Assembly (NCBI GenBank): GCA_030672285.1
Contig: DAOVGS010000056.1
Location: 1 to 48,329, forward strand
Length of the DNA stretch: 48,329 bases
Origin: Hadesarchaea archaeon
GTDB lineage: Archaea > Hadarchaeota > Hadarchaeia > Hadarchaeales > Hadarchaeaceae
Reading direction: 5' to 3'
Program-made: the position numbers and the translations under genes
The notes under the pieces: generated by a model
What the model was told of the DNA's origin: nothing
Seen by the model: the letters and a program-made list of their open reading frames with translations, nothing else
Database searches by the model: none
In this document: positions 34,080 through 44,142 of the stretch, piece after piece
Numbering within the stretch: the first letter of the stretch is position 1
Layout: every line of letters starts with the position of its first letter

Positions 34080-35360
34080 TTGAAAACCCTAATGCTCATC
34101 TGCGACGGCATGGCGGATCGCCCGGTACCAAAGCTCGCCAACCGAACGCCGCTCGAAATAGCAAAAAAACCAAACATGGATTGGCTGGCCAAGCGGGGGA
34201 TCTGCGGCTTGATGGATACAATCGCGCCGGGAGTCACCCCAGGAAGCGATACTGCCCACCTCGCCTTGCTGGGTTATGATCCCTTCGAAACTTACACCGG
34301 ACGGGGACCATTTGAGGCCGCGGGCGCCAACGTCGAACTTCAGGCTGGAGATGTCGCCTTCAGGGCAAACTACGCCACCGTGGACGGCGCCTTTATCGTC
34401 AAGGACAGGCGGGCTGGACGCATTCACGGAACTGAGGAGCTTTCGGCCGCGATAGAGAAAATCAAACTCCGCGGCGCACAGTTGGTCTTTAGGAGCACCA
34501 TCAGCCACCGAGCCGTCCTCGTGCTGCATGGGAAGGGGCTGTCGCACGAAGTCACCGACTCAGACCCCCACGAGGTCGGGAGGAAAGTCCTTGGGGTAAG
34601 GCCACTCCTGCATCCCCCGGAGCGACCCGGATTGGCCTTCCCGACTATCGCTGGCGGCATACGTAGATACGTCGTGCGCCGGCGCAGGGCCTCAAAAACG
34701 GTGCGATTACTGAACGATTTTTCTCGTAGGGCGCACGATATTCTTAAAAATCATCCCCTCAACCAAGAGCGCATTCAGAAAGGGCTCCCCCCTGCAAACT
34801 ACATTCTACTTCGTGGTGGTGGAATTGTGCCTCAACTCAAAACTCTCTACGAGCGGTTTAAGATTCGTGGTGCATGCGTTGCTGCCGCTGCACTAGTGAA
34901 GGGTGTCTGTAAACTGGCGGGCATGAGCGTGATCGATGTTCCGGGTGCAACCGGTAGCGTCGACACAGACTTAAATGCGAAGGCGAAGGCCGCGCTACGG
35001 GCACTTGAAACCCATGAATTCGTGATATTGCATGTGAAGGGTTTTGATGAGGCCAGCCATGACGGCAACGTGGGTGCGAAAATTCAGCTCATCGAGCGCG
35101 TTGATACCATGCTGAACAAATTCATCGACGCAACGGATTTAATCGCGGTTGCCGTGGACCACACTACACCTGTGAGCGTTAGGAGACACACCGGTGACCC
35201 CGTGCCAATTCTCATATTCGGCCCCGGTGTACGTACAGATGAGGTTAAAACCTACGGCGAGCGTTCGGCCGCGGGGGGCGGTATGGGTAGAATCCTGGGA
35301 AAGAATCTTATGCCGATCATCGCTGACCTGATGGGAAAAACCGAGATGTTTGGGGCATGA
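34080..35360 (+). CDS. apgM: cofactor-independent phosphoglycerate mutase, archaeal type
   Basis: N-terminal LMLICDGMADRP, GSDTAHLALLGYDP, and a C-terminal DHTTPV...HTGDPVP motif. Confidence 0.85.
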   Translation: MKTLMLICDGMADRPVPKLANRTPLEIAKKPNMDWLAKRGICGLMDTIAPGVTPGSDTAHLALLGYDPFETYTGRGPFEAAGANVELQAGDVAFRANYATVDGAFIVKDRRAGRIHGTEELSAAIEKIKLRGAQLVFRSTISHRAVLVLHGKGLSHEVTDSDPHEVGRKVLGVRPLLHPPERPGLAFPTIAGGIRRYVVRRRRASKTVRLLNDFSRRAHDILKNHPLNQERIQKGLPPANYILLRGGGIVPQLKTLYERFKIRGACVAAAALVKGVCKLAGMSVIDVPGATGSVDTDLNAKAKAALRALETHEFVILHVKGFDEASHDGNVGAKIQLIERVDTMLNKFIDATDLIAVAVDHTTPVSVRRHTGDPVPILIFGPGVRTDEVKTYGERSAAGGGMGRILGKNLMPIIADLMGKTEMFGA

Positions 35361-35417
35361 TGGAGGTTATATCGATAAACGTTAAAGGAGAGAAAAGAAA
35401 AATTTACAAGTGATAAA

Positions 35418-35639
35418 ATGCGTGAAAAAGTTGAGACGGTTCTGAACCAGATTCGCCCGGCGCTCCAAGCCGATGGTGGAGACATAGAGCTCGTCGACAT
35501 CACCAAGGAAGGCGTAGTCAAAGTAAGGCTAGTTGGGGCATGTGTGGGGTGCCCGATGTCAACGATGACCTTGGCCTTGGGCATCGAACGCACGCTCAAG
35601 GAACGCGTGCCCGGGGTCAAGCGGGTAGAAGCAGTCTAG
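35418..35639 (+). CDS. NifU/Nfu-like Fe-S cluster carrier domain protein
   Basis: 73 aa. IRPALQADGGDIELVD...VKVRLVGACVGCPMS. Confidence 0.85.
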   Translation: MREKVETVLNQIRPALQADGGDIELVDITKEGVVKVRLVGACVGCPMSTMTLALGIERTLKERVPGVKRVEAV

Positions 35640-36655
35640 CGCTTGAATAATGACTTTAGCTCGCTCGGCTTCACCACACCTCGCTCGGTCACGATTGACG
35701 TCACCAAGCGCGCGGGCGTGATGTCGAACGCGGGGTTGAGTACCCTAACTCCTTTGGGCACCACTCGGGTCCGCCCGATAAACTCTACTTCACTCGCATT
35801 GCGTTGCTCAATCGGGATTTCCCTGCCGCTCCGCACGCTCAGGTCGATGGTGCTGGTCGGGGCAACGACGTAGAACGGCACGCGGTGTTCCTTGGCGAGT
35901 ACGGCTATCGAATACGTCCCAATTTTGTTCGCGACATCGCCGTTTGCTGCGATCCTATCCGCACCGACGAGCACCACATCCACTTCATCCTGCGCCATCA
36001 CGTGCCCCACCATACTATCGGTGATCACAATGACAGGGATGCCCTCACGCTTGAGCTCCCAAGCCGTCAGCCGCGCGCCCTGCAAAAACGGTCGGGTCTC
36101 TGTCGCGATGACCCTGATGCGCTTTCCCTGGCGTCTCGCAGCACGGACTACCCCGAGGGCGGTACCATAGTCGACGGTCGCGAGCGCTCCGGTATTGCAG
36201 TGCGTGAGCACGATGTCCCCTTTCTTGAGCAACCTGGCTCCATGTTTCCCCATCCGGCGGTTCGCCTCGACATCCTCGTCAGCGATGTGTTTCGCTTCCC
36301 GCACAACCGCGGCGCGAATTTCCCTCACATCGCGTGCCGAACGAGCTACCCTGAGCACGCGCTTCAGGCCGACGAACAAGTTGACCCCAGTCGGGCGGGT
36401 CCGTCTCAGCCTAGCGGCGGCTGCCTCGAGCTCGCGAAGCATTTGGGCTCTCCCTCCCGCCTTACTTCGCAGCGCGGTGACTGCAAGCGCCATCGCTGCC
36501 GCCGCGGCGAGCGCTGGGGCCCCCCTTATTTGCATGCACTCGATTGCCTTCGCCAATTCTTCCGCACTCCTGCACCTCACCAACCTCAGCTCCCGCGGCA
36601 ACCTCGTCTGATCGATTAACACCACGCTCTTACCTCGAAGCTCGATCGTCCGCAT
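35636..36655 (-). CDS. mtnA: methylthioribose-1-phosphate isomerase / aIF-2BI family
   Basis: 339 aa. LIDQTRLP, IRGAPALAAAAA, THCNTGALAT, ETRPFLQGARLTAWEL, GADRIAANGDVANKIGTY, NPAFDITPA. Confidence 0.8.
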   Translation of the reverse strand: MRTIELRGKSVVLIDQTRLPRELRLVRCRSAEELAKAIECMQIRGAPALAAAAAMALAVTALRSKAGGRAQMLRELEAAAARLRRTRPTGVNLFVGLKRVLRVARSARDVREIRAAVVREAKHIADEDVEANRRMGKHGARLLKKGDIVLTHCNTGALATVDYGTALGVVRAARRQGKRIRVIATETRPFLQGARLTAWELKREGIPVIVITDSMVGHVMAQDEVDVVLVGADRIAANGDVANKIGTYSIAVLAKEHRVPFYVVAPTSTIDLSVRSGREIPIEQRNASEVEFIGRTRVVPKGVRVLNPAFDITPARLVTSIVTERGVVKPSELKSLFKR

Positions 36656-36763
36656 GCCCTCACCGCCTGTTGTGGTTGAACTCCCACATCATGAACGATA
36701 TGCCTATAATGGTATGCAACCTTTCACCCGCTGACTTCTCAGCCCTCCGACTTAAATAAAATC

Positions 36764-38185
36764 ATGCACAGATTAATTGGGAACTCCATGCTCACCGTCG
36801 CGCGAAAAGCCGCAGAGCTGATCAAAAAACACCGAAACGATTCCATCGAAATCATCTCACACATGGACGCCGATGGTGTGTGTGCGGCCGCGGTAATTTC
36901 GAAAGCTCTCGATCGAAACAACGTTGAACATCACGCGAAGTTCGTCCGCATGCTTTATCGAGAGGTCGTCGAAGAGCTCGAGCCCACCGACCTAACCATT
37001 TTCACCGACCTCGGCAGCTCCCAGCTTCAAAATGTCCGCGACAAATTTTCCGGGCATGACGTCATCATCGCCGACCATCACGAGCCGGAGCGGACAGAGG
37101 GCTGGCGGGAACTCGTTCACCTCAACGCCCACCAATTTGGCTTGGACGGCATGCAGGAGATAAGCGGGGCTGGCATGACCTACTTCATCGTTCGGGAGTT
37201 GGACCAAGCCAACCGGGACCTCTCGGGGCTCGCGATCGTCGGCGCACTTGGTGACATCCAGAATGCCTGGGGAAAGTTGCTCGGCTATAACCGGCAAATC
37301 GCCCAAGATAGCATCGACTCAAAGGTTCTTGAGCAAAAGATCGACCTGATGCTTTACGGACGGCACACCCGACCGATCTTCAAGGCGCTTGAGTCATTCA
37401 CAGACCCCCCGATTCCCGGCGTCAGCAATTCGGCCCCTGGCTGCGTGAGCCTGCTCAAGGATCTCGACATCCCGTTCAAGAGCGATGGTGGATGGCGTCG
37501 CCCCGTCGACCTCACCGATGTCGAAAAACGCCGGCTGGCAACGGAGCTGATCGCGCGGGCTTACAAAAATGTGCCGGAGGAACTCGTGCAGTACGTGCCG
37601 GGCCTGATAATTGGCGAGGCCCACACGCTGCTGAAGGAGAACAAACGGTCGATGCTCCGCGGTGCCGACGAATTCTCGACCTGCATAAATTCGACCGCGC
37701 GCCACGAGCAGCCATTGATAGGTCTCGAGGTCGCCAAAGGTGACCGCGGGACTTACTATCGTGCGATGTTGAACCTGCTCCGCTATCACCGACGTTGCAT
37801 CGCCGAGGGCATGGAATTCATCGAACAAAGTGGGCTCGAGCGGGGACGCCGCGGGTACTTGCAATATTTCGACGCGACGGGGGAGATAAAGGAGACCTTC
37901 ATTGGGACGATAGCTGGCCTCGCGATCGGGCATCGGACCTGCGACCCCTACAAGCCCGTGGTGGGTATAATCAGGGAAGGCGGCGCCGCCAAGATTTCCG
38001 CGCGAGGCTCGAAGCTCCTCTTCCTAAAGGGTTTGGACATGGGGCGGGCGATACGCGATGCCGCAAGGTCTGTCGGGGGAGAGGGTGGTGGGCACGCCGT
38101 CGCCTGTGGCGCCCAAGTGGATGAAAACAGGATCCCAGAATTTTTGCTGAAACTCGAAGATAGGGTAATCGATCAACTCGGCTAA
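36764..38185 (+). CDS. recJ: DHH-family RecJ/GAN-like nuclease
   Basis: DHH motifs ISHMDADGVCAAAV, TDLG, IIADHHEP and a C-terminal GGGH motif. The start may be the Met at 36788. Confidence 0.75.
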   Translation: MHRLIGNSMLTVARKAAELIKKHRNDSIEIISHMDADGVCAAAVISKALDRNNVEHHAKFVRMLYREVVEELEPTDLTIFTDLGSSQLQNVRDKFSGHDVIIADHHEPERTEGWRELVHLNAHQFGLDGMQEISGAGMTYFIVRELDQANRDLSGLAIVGALGDIQNAWGKLLGYNRQIAQDSIDSKVLEQKIDLMLYGRHTRPIFKALESFTDPPIPGVSNSAPGCVSLLKDLDIPFKSDGGWRRPVDLTDVEKRRLATELIARAYKNVPEELVQYVPGLIIGEAHTLLKENKRSMLRGADEFSTCINSTARHEQPLIGLEVAKGDRGTYYRAMLNLLRYHRRCIAEGMEFIEQSGLERGRRGYLQYFDATGEIKETFIGTIAGLAIGHRTCDPYKPVVGIIREGGAAKISARGSKLLFLKGLDMGRAIRDAARSVGGEGGGHAVACGAQVDENRIPEFLLKLEDRVIDQLG

Positions 38186-38191
38186 CCTAAA

Positions 38192-39904
38192 TCAAACTTT
38201 TGCCTTCCTTTTCTGCTGTCTTTCGTACAAGTCCGCAACGTCTTTAATCGTGTTGGCCTCTTCCGCCCGCCTATCTTCTCTTATCCTAACTAGCCTCGGG
38301 AACCTTAGGCCAAATCTACTCGTGTGTTTTAATTTTGGTGATTTTTGAATTTCCTCGAAATAGGTCTCGAACACTATTCGGGGCTCAAAGTACGCGTGGC
38401 AATCGATCTCGATATCAACATCCGGATGGGGCTTTTTTAGCTGGAGCTTCTTGAAGATTTTCGTGAACTCTTTCAGCTCCTCATCGGTGTATCCACTCCC
38501 GCACTTCGTCACCGTCTTGTAGCGCCCGCTCTCCTCGTCACGCGCTGCAAGCACGTAGCTGCCAAAGAAGCCTGCGCGCTTGCCCTTGCCGTAGAGCCCC
38601 CCGACCACGACCAAGTCGAGGGTCTCCAACATGGGTTTAAGCTTGAGCCACACGAACTCACGCCGCCCCGCACGATAACTCGCCTCGAGATCCTTCGCCA
38701 GCAACCCCTCATGACCGATCTCGATCGACTTGCTCATGAATTCTTTTATCTCATCTGGCTTGCTGAGGACCCGTTGTTCAGTCATCATCACCTTGCCCTT
38801 TGCTTCCCTGATGATCCGCTCCAGCATCTTCCTCCGCTCGACGTAGGGTTCATCGAGCATCACGTTACCATCCGACATCAACACATCGAACAGGTGGATC
38901 TCAACTGGGATTTGTTCGATTGTTTGCTTGATCTCGTACTTGCGGCGCCGCTTGAGCACCTCTTGGAAAGGCATGGGCTTCCCCGTGCGTTTATCGATCG
39001 CCACCAGCTCCCCATCGACTATCGCCCGCTTCGGTTTCAGCGCTTGACGCAATGGGCCGATGACATCTGGAAACATTTTGGTGTAATCCTCCATCCGCCT
39101 CGTGAAGAGCGAGATCTTATCGCCGTCCTTGTGGACCTGAACTCTGATGCCATCGAGCTTTGTCTCGAACGCCGCCTTTCCCTTCATCCGCTCGAGAACC
39201 TCATCGATCGTCTCAGCTCGCTGCGCCAGCATGGGGTTCACGGGGTGCCCGACCGCGACCCCGAGCTTCTCGAGGCCTTTTTCCCCACTCGTGGCAACCG
39301 CCTTCGCGACGATCGAGTAGTCCGTCGTGAGCATGTAGGCGTGCTCGATCACCCCTGGTTTCACGCCGAACGCGCTCGCTATTGCATCCCTGAGCCTTCC
39401 CTCTGCCACACCTATTCGGAGGTCGCCGATCACGGTGCGGACGATGAACTTGGCCTCGATCGGGGTGGAGCTGGTTAAGAGTTCGGCGATCGAAGCTATC
39501 TTTCGGTCCACCGAGCCCTCACCAGTGATCTCGGGCAACTGTTTAACGTTCTCGAAGACCTTTTTCACCGTCAGCTGCTCGACGGATAGGGTCGTCTGCC
39601 TTTTCTTCTCCAGAAGTTGCTTAGCGACCTCACCGAGATCGCCGACCTGCTTCATGAGCTTATCCACTTCAGCTACCGAATAACCTGCCGCCTTCGCGAC
39701 CGCCTTCTTGAGCTGCTGTAGCCCAACGCCGGTTTCCTTAGAAATGTAAGCGGGCCAAGGTCTGCCGAGCAGGAGCAGGATAACTCGCTCCATCCCCTCG
39801 GCTGGCGTGCGCTTCAACAACTCGACGATAACTGAATTTTTTTTCAGATAAGATGGGGTGTGCTCCAGCTTCTCAAAGGCCTCAGCTAAAGTCGCGTAAC
39901 GCAT
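38192..39904 (-). CDS. lig: ATP-dependent DNA ligase
   Basis: Adenylation motif ETKLDGIRVQVH, plus EGLLAK, and LVVVGG..GKGKRAG of the OB domain; 570 aa. Confidence 0.9.
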   Translation of the reverse strand: MRYATLAEAFEKLEHTPSYLKKNSVIVELLKRTPAEGMERVILLLLGRPWPAYISKETGVGLQQLKKAVAKAAGYSVAEVDKLMKQVGDLGEVAKQLLEKKRQTTLSVEQLTVKKVFENVKQLPEITGEGSVDRKIASIAELLTSSTPIEAKFIVRTVIGDLRIGVAEGRLRDAIASAFGVKPGVIEHAYMLTTDYSIVAKAVATSGEKGLEKLGVAVGHPVNPMLAQRAETIDEVLERMKGKAAFETKLDGIRVQVHKDGDKISLFTRRMEDYTKMFPDVIGPLRQALKPKRAIVDGELVAIDKRTGKPMPFQEVLKRRRKYEIKQTIEQIPVEIHLFDVLMSDGNVMLDEPYVERRKMLERIIREAKGKVMMTEQRVLSKPDEIKEFMSKSIEIGHEGLLAKDLEASYRAGRREFVWLKLKPMLETLDLVVVGGLYGKGKRAGFFGSYVLAARDEESGRYKTVTKCGSGYTDEELKEFTKIFKKLQLKKPHPDVDIEIDCHAYFEPRIVFETYFEEIQKSPKLKHTSRFGLRFPRLVRIREDRRAEEANTIKDVADLYERQQKRKAKV

Positions 39905-39922
39905 CCCAACCCTAACACTAAT

Positions 39923-40837
39923 TCAGCCCTTTGACCTAAAACTTTTAACATCAGGCTGGCTCGAGACCTCGCGCAGGTGTTCGAGGATGCCACTGTGCGG
40001 GTCTATCCTCGCAACGAGCTTGCCACTTCTAAAAATTCTTACCACACCATCTTCCCCGGAGACCGTTACCCCCCTAGCCCCAGTCGCCGTGGTCATGGCT
40101 GCGACCGCTAGGTGCCGCGTGCCCAGACCATGGGGGATTTCAAACTTGACGTTCGCGTTGAGATAGCGCTCCGCCGCGATGACGCGTCCATCGGCTCCCA
40201 CGACGAAGGCTCCATCAAAAGTGGCGTACCTCTTAATCAGCTCCCATTGTTTTCTATCGGCGATGCTCACCAGGTAACTCTTGAATGGGTTGATCATCAG
40301 TTGGTGCGATAGCCTCAGGACCGCCTTGCTGTCCCCGATCACGAACGCCGTGCCCACAGGCTTGCCACCCGAAGTCCCCCTCCCGAGCTCGAGCGATATC
40401 TCAGTTGCGGCGGCCAGAACGGGGTCAGATTCAACCGTCTCCATCACCGGCTCATGCTTGGAGACCTGCAGGACCAGGAGGGCATCGGTGCTATTAGCGA
40501 AACCATTCCCCGCCAGGCATACCAAACGCTGCCCTGGAAGAAATATCCCTTCCCGCAACCCGCACGCCATTGCATGATGGGCTTGGCCAGATATCCCCTG
40601 CGCCCGCGCCGTGAGCTTGATCAGTTTTACGTGGGAGTTCCCGTTGAATCTCTTGTAAGTTTCATGGCTGGGGGTGGCAAGTACTACTTTTACCTCCCTG
40701 CCGTGGGTGCCAAACAAGTTCTTCTTGAAAAGAGGACTACAACTTTCACCATCTTTGGTCAGAGCGAGAATGGCATCCGCATTGATCTCTAAAGCAAGAC
40801 GTGCAGCCGCTTCTGCCAGTGCTTTGGGGACGTCCAC
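39923..40837 (-). CDS. dacZ: diadenylate cyclase, DacZ-like
   Basis: C-terminal DAC domain with DGAFVV and HGLGTRH motifs. N-terminal pyruvate-kinase-C-like domain. Confidence 0.7.
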   Translation of the reverse strand: MDVPKALAEAAARLALEINADAILALTKDGESCSPLFKKNLFGTHGREVKVVLATPSHETYKRFNGNSHVKLIKLTARAQGISGQAHHAMACGLREGIFLPGQRLVCLAGNGFANSTDALLVLQVSKHEPVMETVESDPVLAAATEISLELGRGTSGGKPVGTAFVIGDSKAVLRLSHQLMINPFKSYLVSIADRKQWELIKRYATFDGAFVVGADGRVIAAERYLNANVKFEIPHGLGTRHLAVAAMTTATGARGVTVSGEDGVVRIFRSGKLVARIDPHSGILEHLREVSSQPDVKSFRSKG

Positions 40838-40897
40838 CTGTTCAACTCTCCGTCCCCCACAACCTCGGCCAGCAAATTTAGTTTATTTTCATCTATT

Positions 40898-41275
40898 TTA
40901 TATTTTTCCCTCGAGTGAAATTTTGTGCCCGACCTCCACGCGCGCACGAGAAATCGTCCCCGCTGGAAGTTCGATGAGATAATTGACGATTATTTTCGGT
41001 CTGTAAAACCGCCAAGGCTTGAGCCGCGCGCGAACCTCGACGACCTTGAACCCTGAATCCAGATACACCAAGTCGATGGGGAACCTTACGAAAAACATGT
41101 GGACGCCGTGGCGGCCCGGTTTATGAAAGCTGAAAAGCAGTACCTCGCCGCGTGGGAACTTGTCCCTGAGCATGAGCCCCCGGAAGCGCCGCCAGAAGGT
41201 GTCCGCCATCTCGACCTCGCTCGCCAAGAGCTTTCCGGTAGTTCGATCGACCAAGCGCATGGGAACACGTTTCAA
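40898..41275 (-). CDS. DUF192 family protein
   Basis: 125 aa. The pattern F.RFRGLM.......G.LL.F......VHM.FV.FPIDLVYLD....VV is as I recall for COG1430/DUF192. Confidence 0.6.
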   Translation of the reverse strand: MKRVPMRLVDRTTGKLLASEVEMADTFWRRFRGLMLRDKFPRGEVLLFSFHKPGRHGVHMFFVRFPIDLVYLDSGFKVVEVRARLKPWRFYRPKIIVNYLIELPAGTISRARVEVGHKISLEGKI

Positions 41276-41295
41276 CTTCCCGCGCTAGAGTTATA

Positions 41296-42198
41296 ATGTT
41301 GCCAATCTTATCAAAACTCGATTGCATGCTGGCCGAGCCTAAATTTCGAGCCGCTATCGTTGAGATGCTTCGACGCGCCGAAACTGCCCTGCCAGAAGAT
41401 ATCGTGCGTGCGCTCAAACGGAGCAGGGGGCGCGAACGAGGCCGCATCGCCAGGCTACAACTCGACTGCATGCTGAAAAATCTCGAACTGGCAAAAAGGA
41501 TTGGAGCTCCCATCTGCCAGGACACCGGCACCTTCACCTTTTTCATCCAGCTCGGCTCTGAGCTCAAGCTCAACTTCGATTTGAAAAAAGCCCTCAGCAA
41601 AGCCGTCGTTCAAGCCACGCGAGAGGTGCCGCTGCGCGCAAACATCGTCGACCCGTTCACCCGCAAAAACACTGGCACCAACGTCGGCATCGAGCAGCCA
41701 TCCCTCCACCTCGAACTCATTCCGGGGAAAAAGCTCTCGATCGACCTGCTCGTCAAGGGTGCGGGCGCTGAGAATTGGAGCAGGTTTTTCATGCTCAGGC
41801 CTGCCGATGAGGGGAAAGCCATCGAGCGAGCGGTGCTGTTGACACTCGTGGAGGCTGGGGGTCGACCCTGTCCGCCGACCATCGTGGGCGTGGGGGTCGG
41901 GGGTTCGGCCGAGGTTGCCCCCGTGCTGGCGAAGCGCGCCCTCCTACGTTCTCTGGACATAACAAACCCGGATGCTGGGCTTGCGAGGCTGGAGCGCCGG
42001 ATCACACGAGTCGTGAACGGGCTCGGCATCGGTCCCATGGGGTTGGGTGGGCGAACGACGGTCCTGGGCGTACACGTGGAGAAAGCCGCCTGCCACACCG
42101 CGAGCCTTCCAGTCGCGGTTGCGCTCCAGTGCTGGGCTGCCAGACGAGCTCGTGCTAGGCTCCTTAACGGCCGCTTGCGGGTGGAGGTGCCTCGATGA
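41296..42198 (+). CDS. class I Fe-S hydro-lyase alpha subunit (fumarate hydratase / tartrate dehydratase type)
   Basis: PICQDTGT motif; 300 aa; 4-nt overlap with the beta-subunit gene. Confidence 0.8.
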   Translation: MLPILSKLDCMLAEPKFRAAIVEMLRRAETALPEDIVRALKRSRGRERGRIARLQLDCMLKNLELAKRIGAPICQDTGTFTFFIQLGSELKLNFDLKKALSKAVVQATREVPLRANIVDPFTRKNTGTNVGIEQPSLHLELIPGKKLSIDLLVKGAGAENWSRFFMLRPADEGKAIERAVLLTLVEAGGRPCPPTIVGVGVGGSAEVAPVLAKRALLRSLDITNPDAGLARLERRITRVVNGLGIGPMGLGGRTTVLGVHVEKAACHTASLPVAVALQCWAARRARARLLNGRLRVEVPR

Positions 42199-42743
42199 TT
42201 AACTTAAGCCCACCACTCAGCGGGCGGGATGTCAAGAAGCTGCGCGTCGGCGAACTCGTGAAAGTAAACGGACAAATCGTGACCGCGCGCGATAGGGCCT
42301 ACCCCAGAGCACTCGAACTCCTCCGGGCTGGAAAGCGGTTACCCCTCGACCTCCGCGGGGCCGTCGTCTACCACTGCGGGCCACTGGCGAAGCGTACGCC
42401 TCGCGGTTGGCAGGTCCTATCCGCGGGACCAACGACCAGCGCCCGCCTAGACCGGATGCAGGTCGAGTTCGTGGGGCGGGCTGGCGTCAGGGGGCTCATC
42501 GGAAAGGGTGGAGTGGGGGAGGATGTGGCCGCGGAGCTGGCTCGGCTCGGCTGCGTTTATTTGGCATTCACGGGCGGTGCCGCGGTGCTCGCTGCCCAAG
42601 CGATCGAAAGGGTCGAGAAGGTGCTATGGCGGGACCTGGGGACGGCTGAGGCGCTGTGGGTGTTGAGAGTTCGGGACTTTGGACCGCTCGTGGTGGCCGT
42701 CGATACAAAAGGAAACAACCTTTACTTGCGCCAAAAACGTTAG
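42195..42743 (+). CDS. class I Fe-S hydro-lyase beta subunit
   Basis: LRVGELVKVNGQIVTARDRA..., GPTTSARLD, GKGG motifs; 182 aa. Confidence 0.8.
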   Translation: MINLSPPLSGRDVKKLRVGELVKVNGQIVTARDRAYPRALELLRAGKRLPLDLRGAVVYHCGPLAKRTPRGWQVLSAGPTTSARLDRMQVEFVGRAGVRGLIGKGGVGEDVAAELARLGCVYLAFTGGAAVLAAQAIERVEKVLWRDLGTAEALWVLRVRDFGPLVVAVDTKGNNLYLRQKR

Positions 42744-42834
42744 GAAAAAATAAAAATGAGGTTTGTCTAACTATTTGAACTTTATTGTCTAAACATTTAG
42801 CCACAAGTTGAGATTGGCAGAAATTCGTTCAAAA

Positions 42835-42916
42835 CAAAAAATAAATAAAAATAAAAAAAGCGAAGGGGATGATTGGCGTTTCCCCTTAGCGCTTCCGGAA
42901 TATCGCAATCGCAGCC
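42835..42916 (-). repeat. copy A of the anchor-tail + terminator module (orphan gene 3' end)
   Basis: The minus strand encodes ...PSGFALIPAAIAIFRKR* with no upstream start (a stop lies about 30 codons up). This is followed by hairpin AAGGGGA/TCCCCTT and a long T-rich tract. Homologous to copies B and C. Confidence 0.8.
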
Positions 42917-43053
42917 GGGATTAGCGCGAACCCGCTAGGGAAACGGCGAAGATCAGAATTTTGGGGTCTGCTGATTACTTGTTAAATGCAAAAATAAAAG
43001 AAAGATAAGGGGCCGCTTTGGCTAGCAACCCCCGTTGGTTTCTAGCTGGTTAT

Positions 43054-43992
43054 CTAGTCTTGCTTCGGTACCATTGCGATCCAGCGTATATTGTCGTACA
43101 TGTCATAGGTTGGCGCGTCAACACCTGTAATATTGGCACCATCGAGCCTCCACCATAACTGTACTTTAAAGCTGCTGGTAGTAACATCATAGACTTTAAC
43201 AAGAATGTTTTCATCGTTATCAGAGATCGTTACGACAGGAACCGTGCTAAACGAAGGGCTAAAGCTTACAGTTATCGGTTGACCCACATTGTCCGACGGG
43301 ATTATCGCCGTGTTTTCCATTGTGTTGTCTACCCAGCCTGACTGAATGAAACCAGTTGCAATATCTGCGTTTTCAATCGTGTTATCGGTGATCGCACCCG
43401 CTGGAATCGTGAGTCTAGTGGTGATGTCGACGTTATCAGCGTAAAGGTTGTCGACCGCGATGTTGTCCGCTAAATCATCGCTCGAAACCGTGTTATTCTC
43501 GATCAGGGCGCTGGTGATGTTGTCGTTCGCGATATCCTCGGTCAGAATCGTCCCATCTAGGATCTTCGCGCTCGTTACCGCGCTGTTGGCGATGTCACTC
43601 GCGGCAATCGCTCCAGCTGCAATCTTGGCGCTCGTAATCGCATCATCCGCAATATCGTCTTCGGCAATCGTCCCATCTAGGATCTTCAGGCTCGTTACCG
43701 CACCCGTAGCTAGATCGCCCGCGGTGATCGACCCATCCGCTATCTTCGCGCCCGTAACCGCAGCCGCGCCGAGCTTCTCGGTCGTCACGGAGCTATCGGC
43801 AAGCTTAGCCGTGGTGATGGCTTTGTTCGTAATCTGGGCAGTCCCGACCACGCTCGGAGGCGTACCGTATCCGGTCTCGATCACTTCTAGCCTAGTGTTG
43901 AGTTCGGAATATCTATATTGGATGACCAATCCCAAAGCTGCGAACATTAGCAATACGGCGATTCCAAATGTCGTGATTCTAGCTATTTCCAT
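43054..43992 (-). CDS. membrane-anchored tail-fibre-like repeat protein with a C-terminal H-type-lectin-like domain
   Basis: The ATG at 43992 is preceded by AGGAGGT. N-terminal TM (ITTFGIAVLLMFAALGLVI). About 20-aa repeats (ILDGTI..DIA..AITSAKIA.GA). The C-terminus PITVSFSPSFSTVPVVTIS....VKVYDVTTSSFKVQLWW...IRWIAM resembles the H_lectin pattern. Confidence 0.55.
   Translation of the reverse strand: MEIARITTFGIAVLLMFAALGLVIQYRYSELNTRLEVIETGYGTPPSVVGTAQITNKAITTAKLADSSVTTEKLGAAAVTGAKIADGSITAGDLATGAVTSLKILDGTIAEDDIADDAITSAKIAAGAIAASDIANSAVTSAKILDGTILTEDIANDNITSALIENNTVSSDDLADNIAVDNLYADNVDITTRLTIPAGAITDNTIENADIATGFIQSGWVDNTMENTAIIPSDNVGQPITVSFSPSFSTVPVVTISDNDENILVKVYDVTTSSFKVQLWWRLDGANITGVDAPTYDMYDNIRWIAMVPKQD
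43441..43830 (-). repeat. in-frame 60-nt periodic tandem repeats inside the lectin-like gene
   Basis: Successive 60-nt blocks align by eye. For example aatcgtcccatctaggatcttc..gctcgttaccgc occurs at 43546 and again at 43666, with a 30-nt sub-period. Confidence 0.75.
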
Positions 43993-44142
43993 TTTTTTAC
44001 CTCCTATTAGTTGGGTACTTCTATAGCGCCCCTCCTCGGCGCTTCGGGTTTGGTCCAAAGTGCGAGCCGGCTTATTTAAAAGTTTCTTATGATAGTTTTT
44101 TAAAAAGAGAAGATTTTTTATATCGAACGCTGAGTTGAGTTT

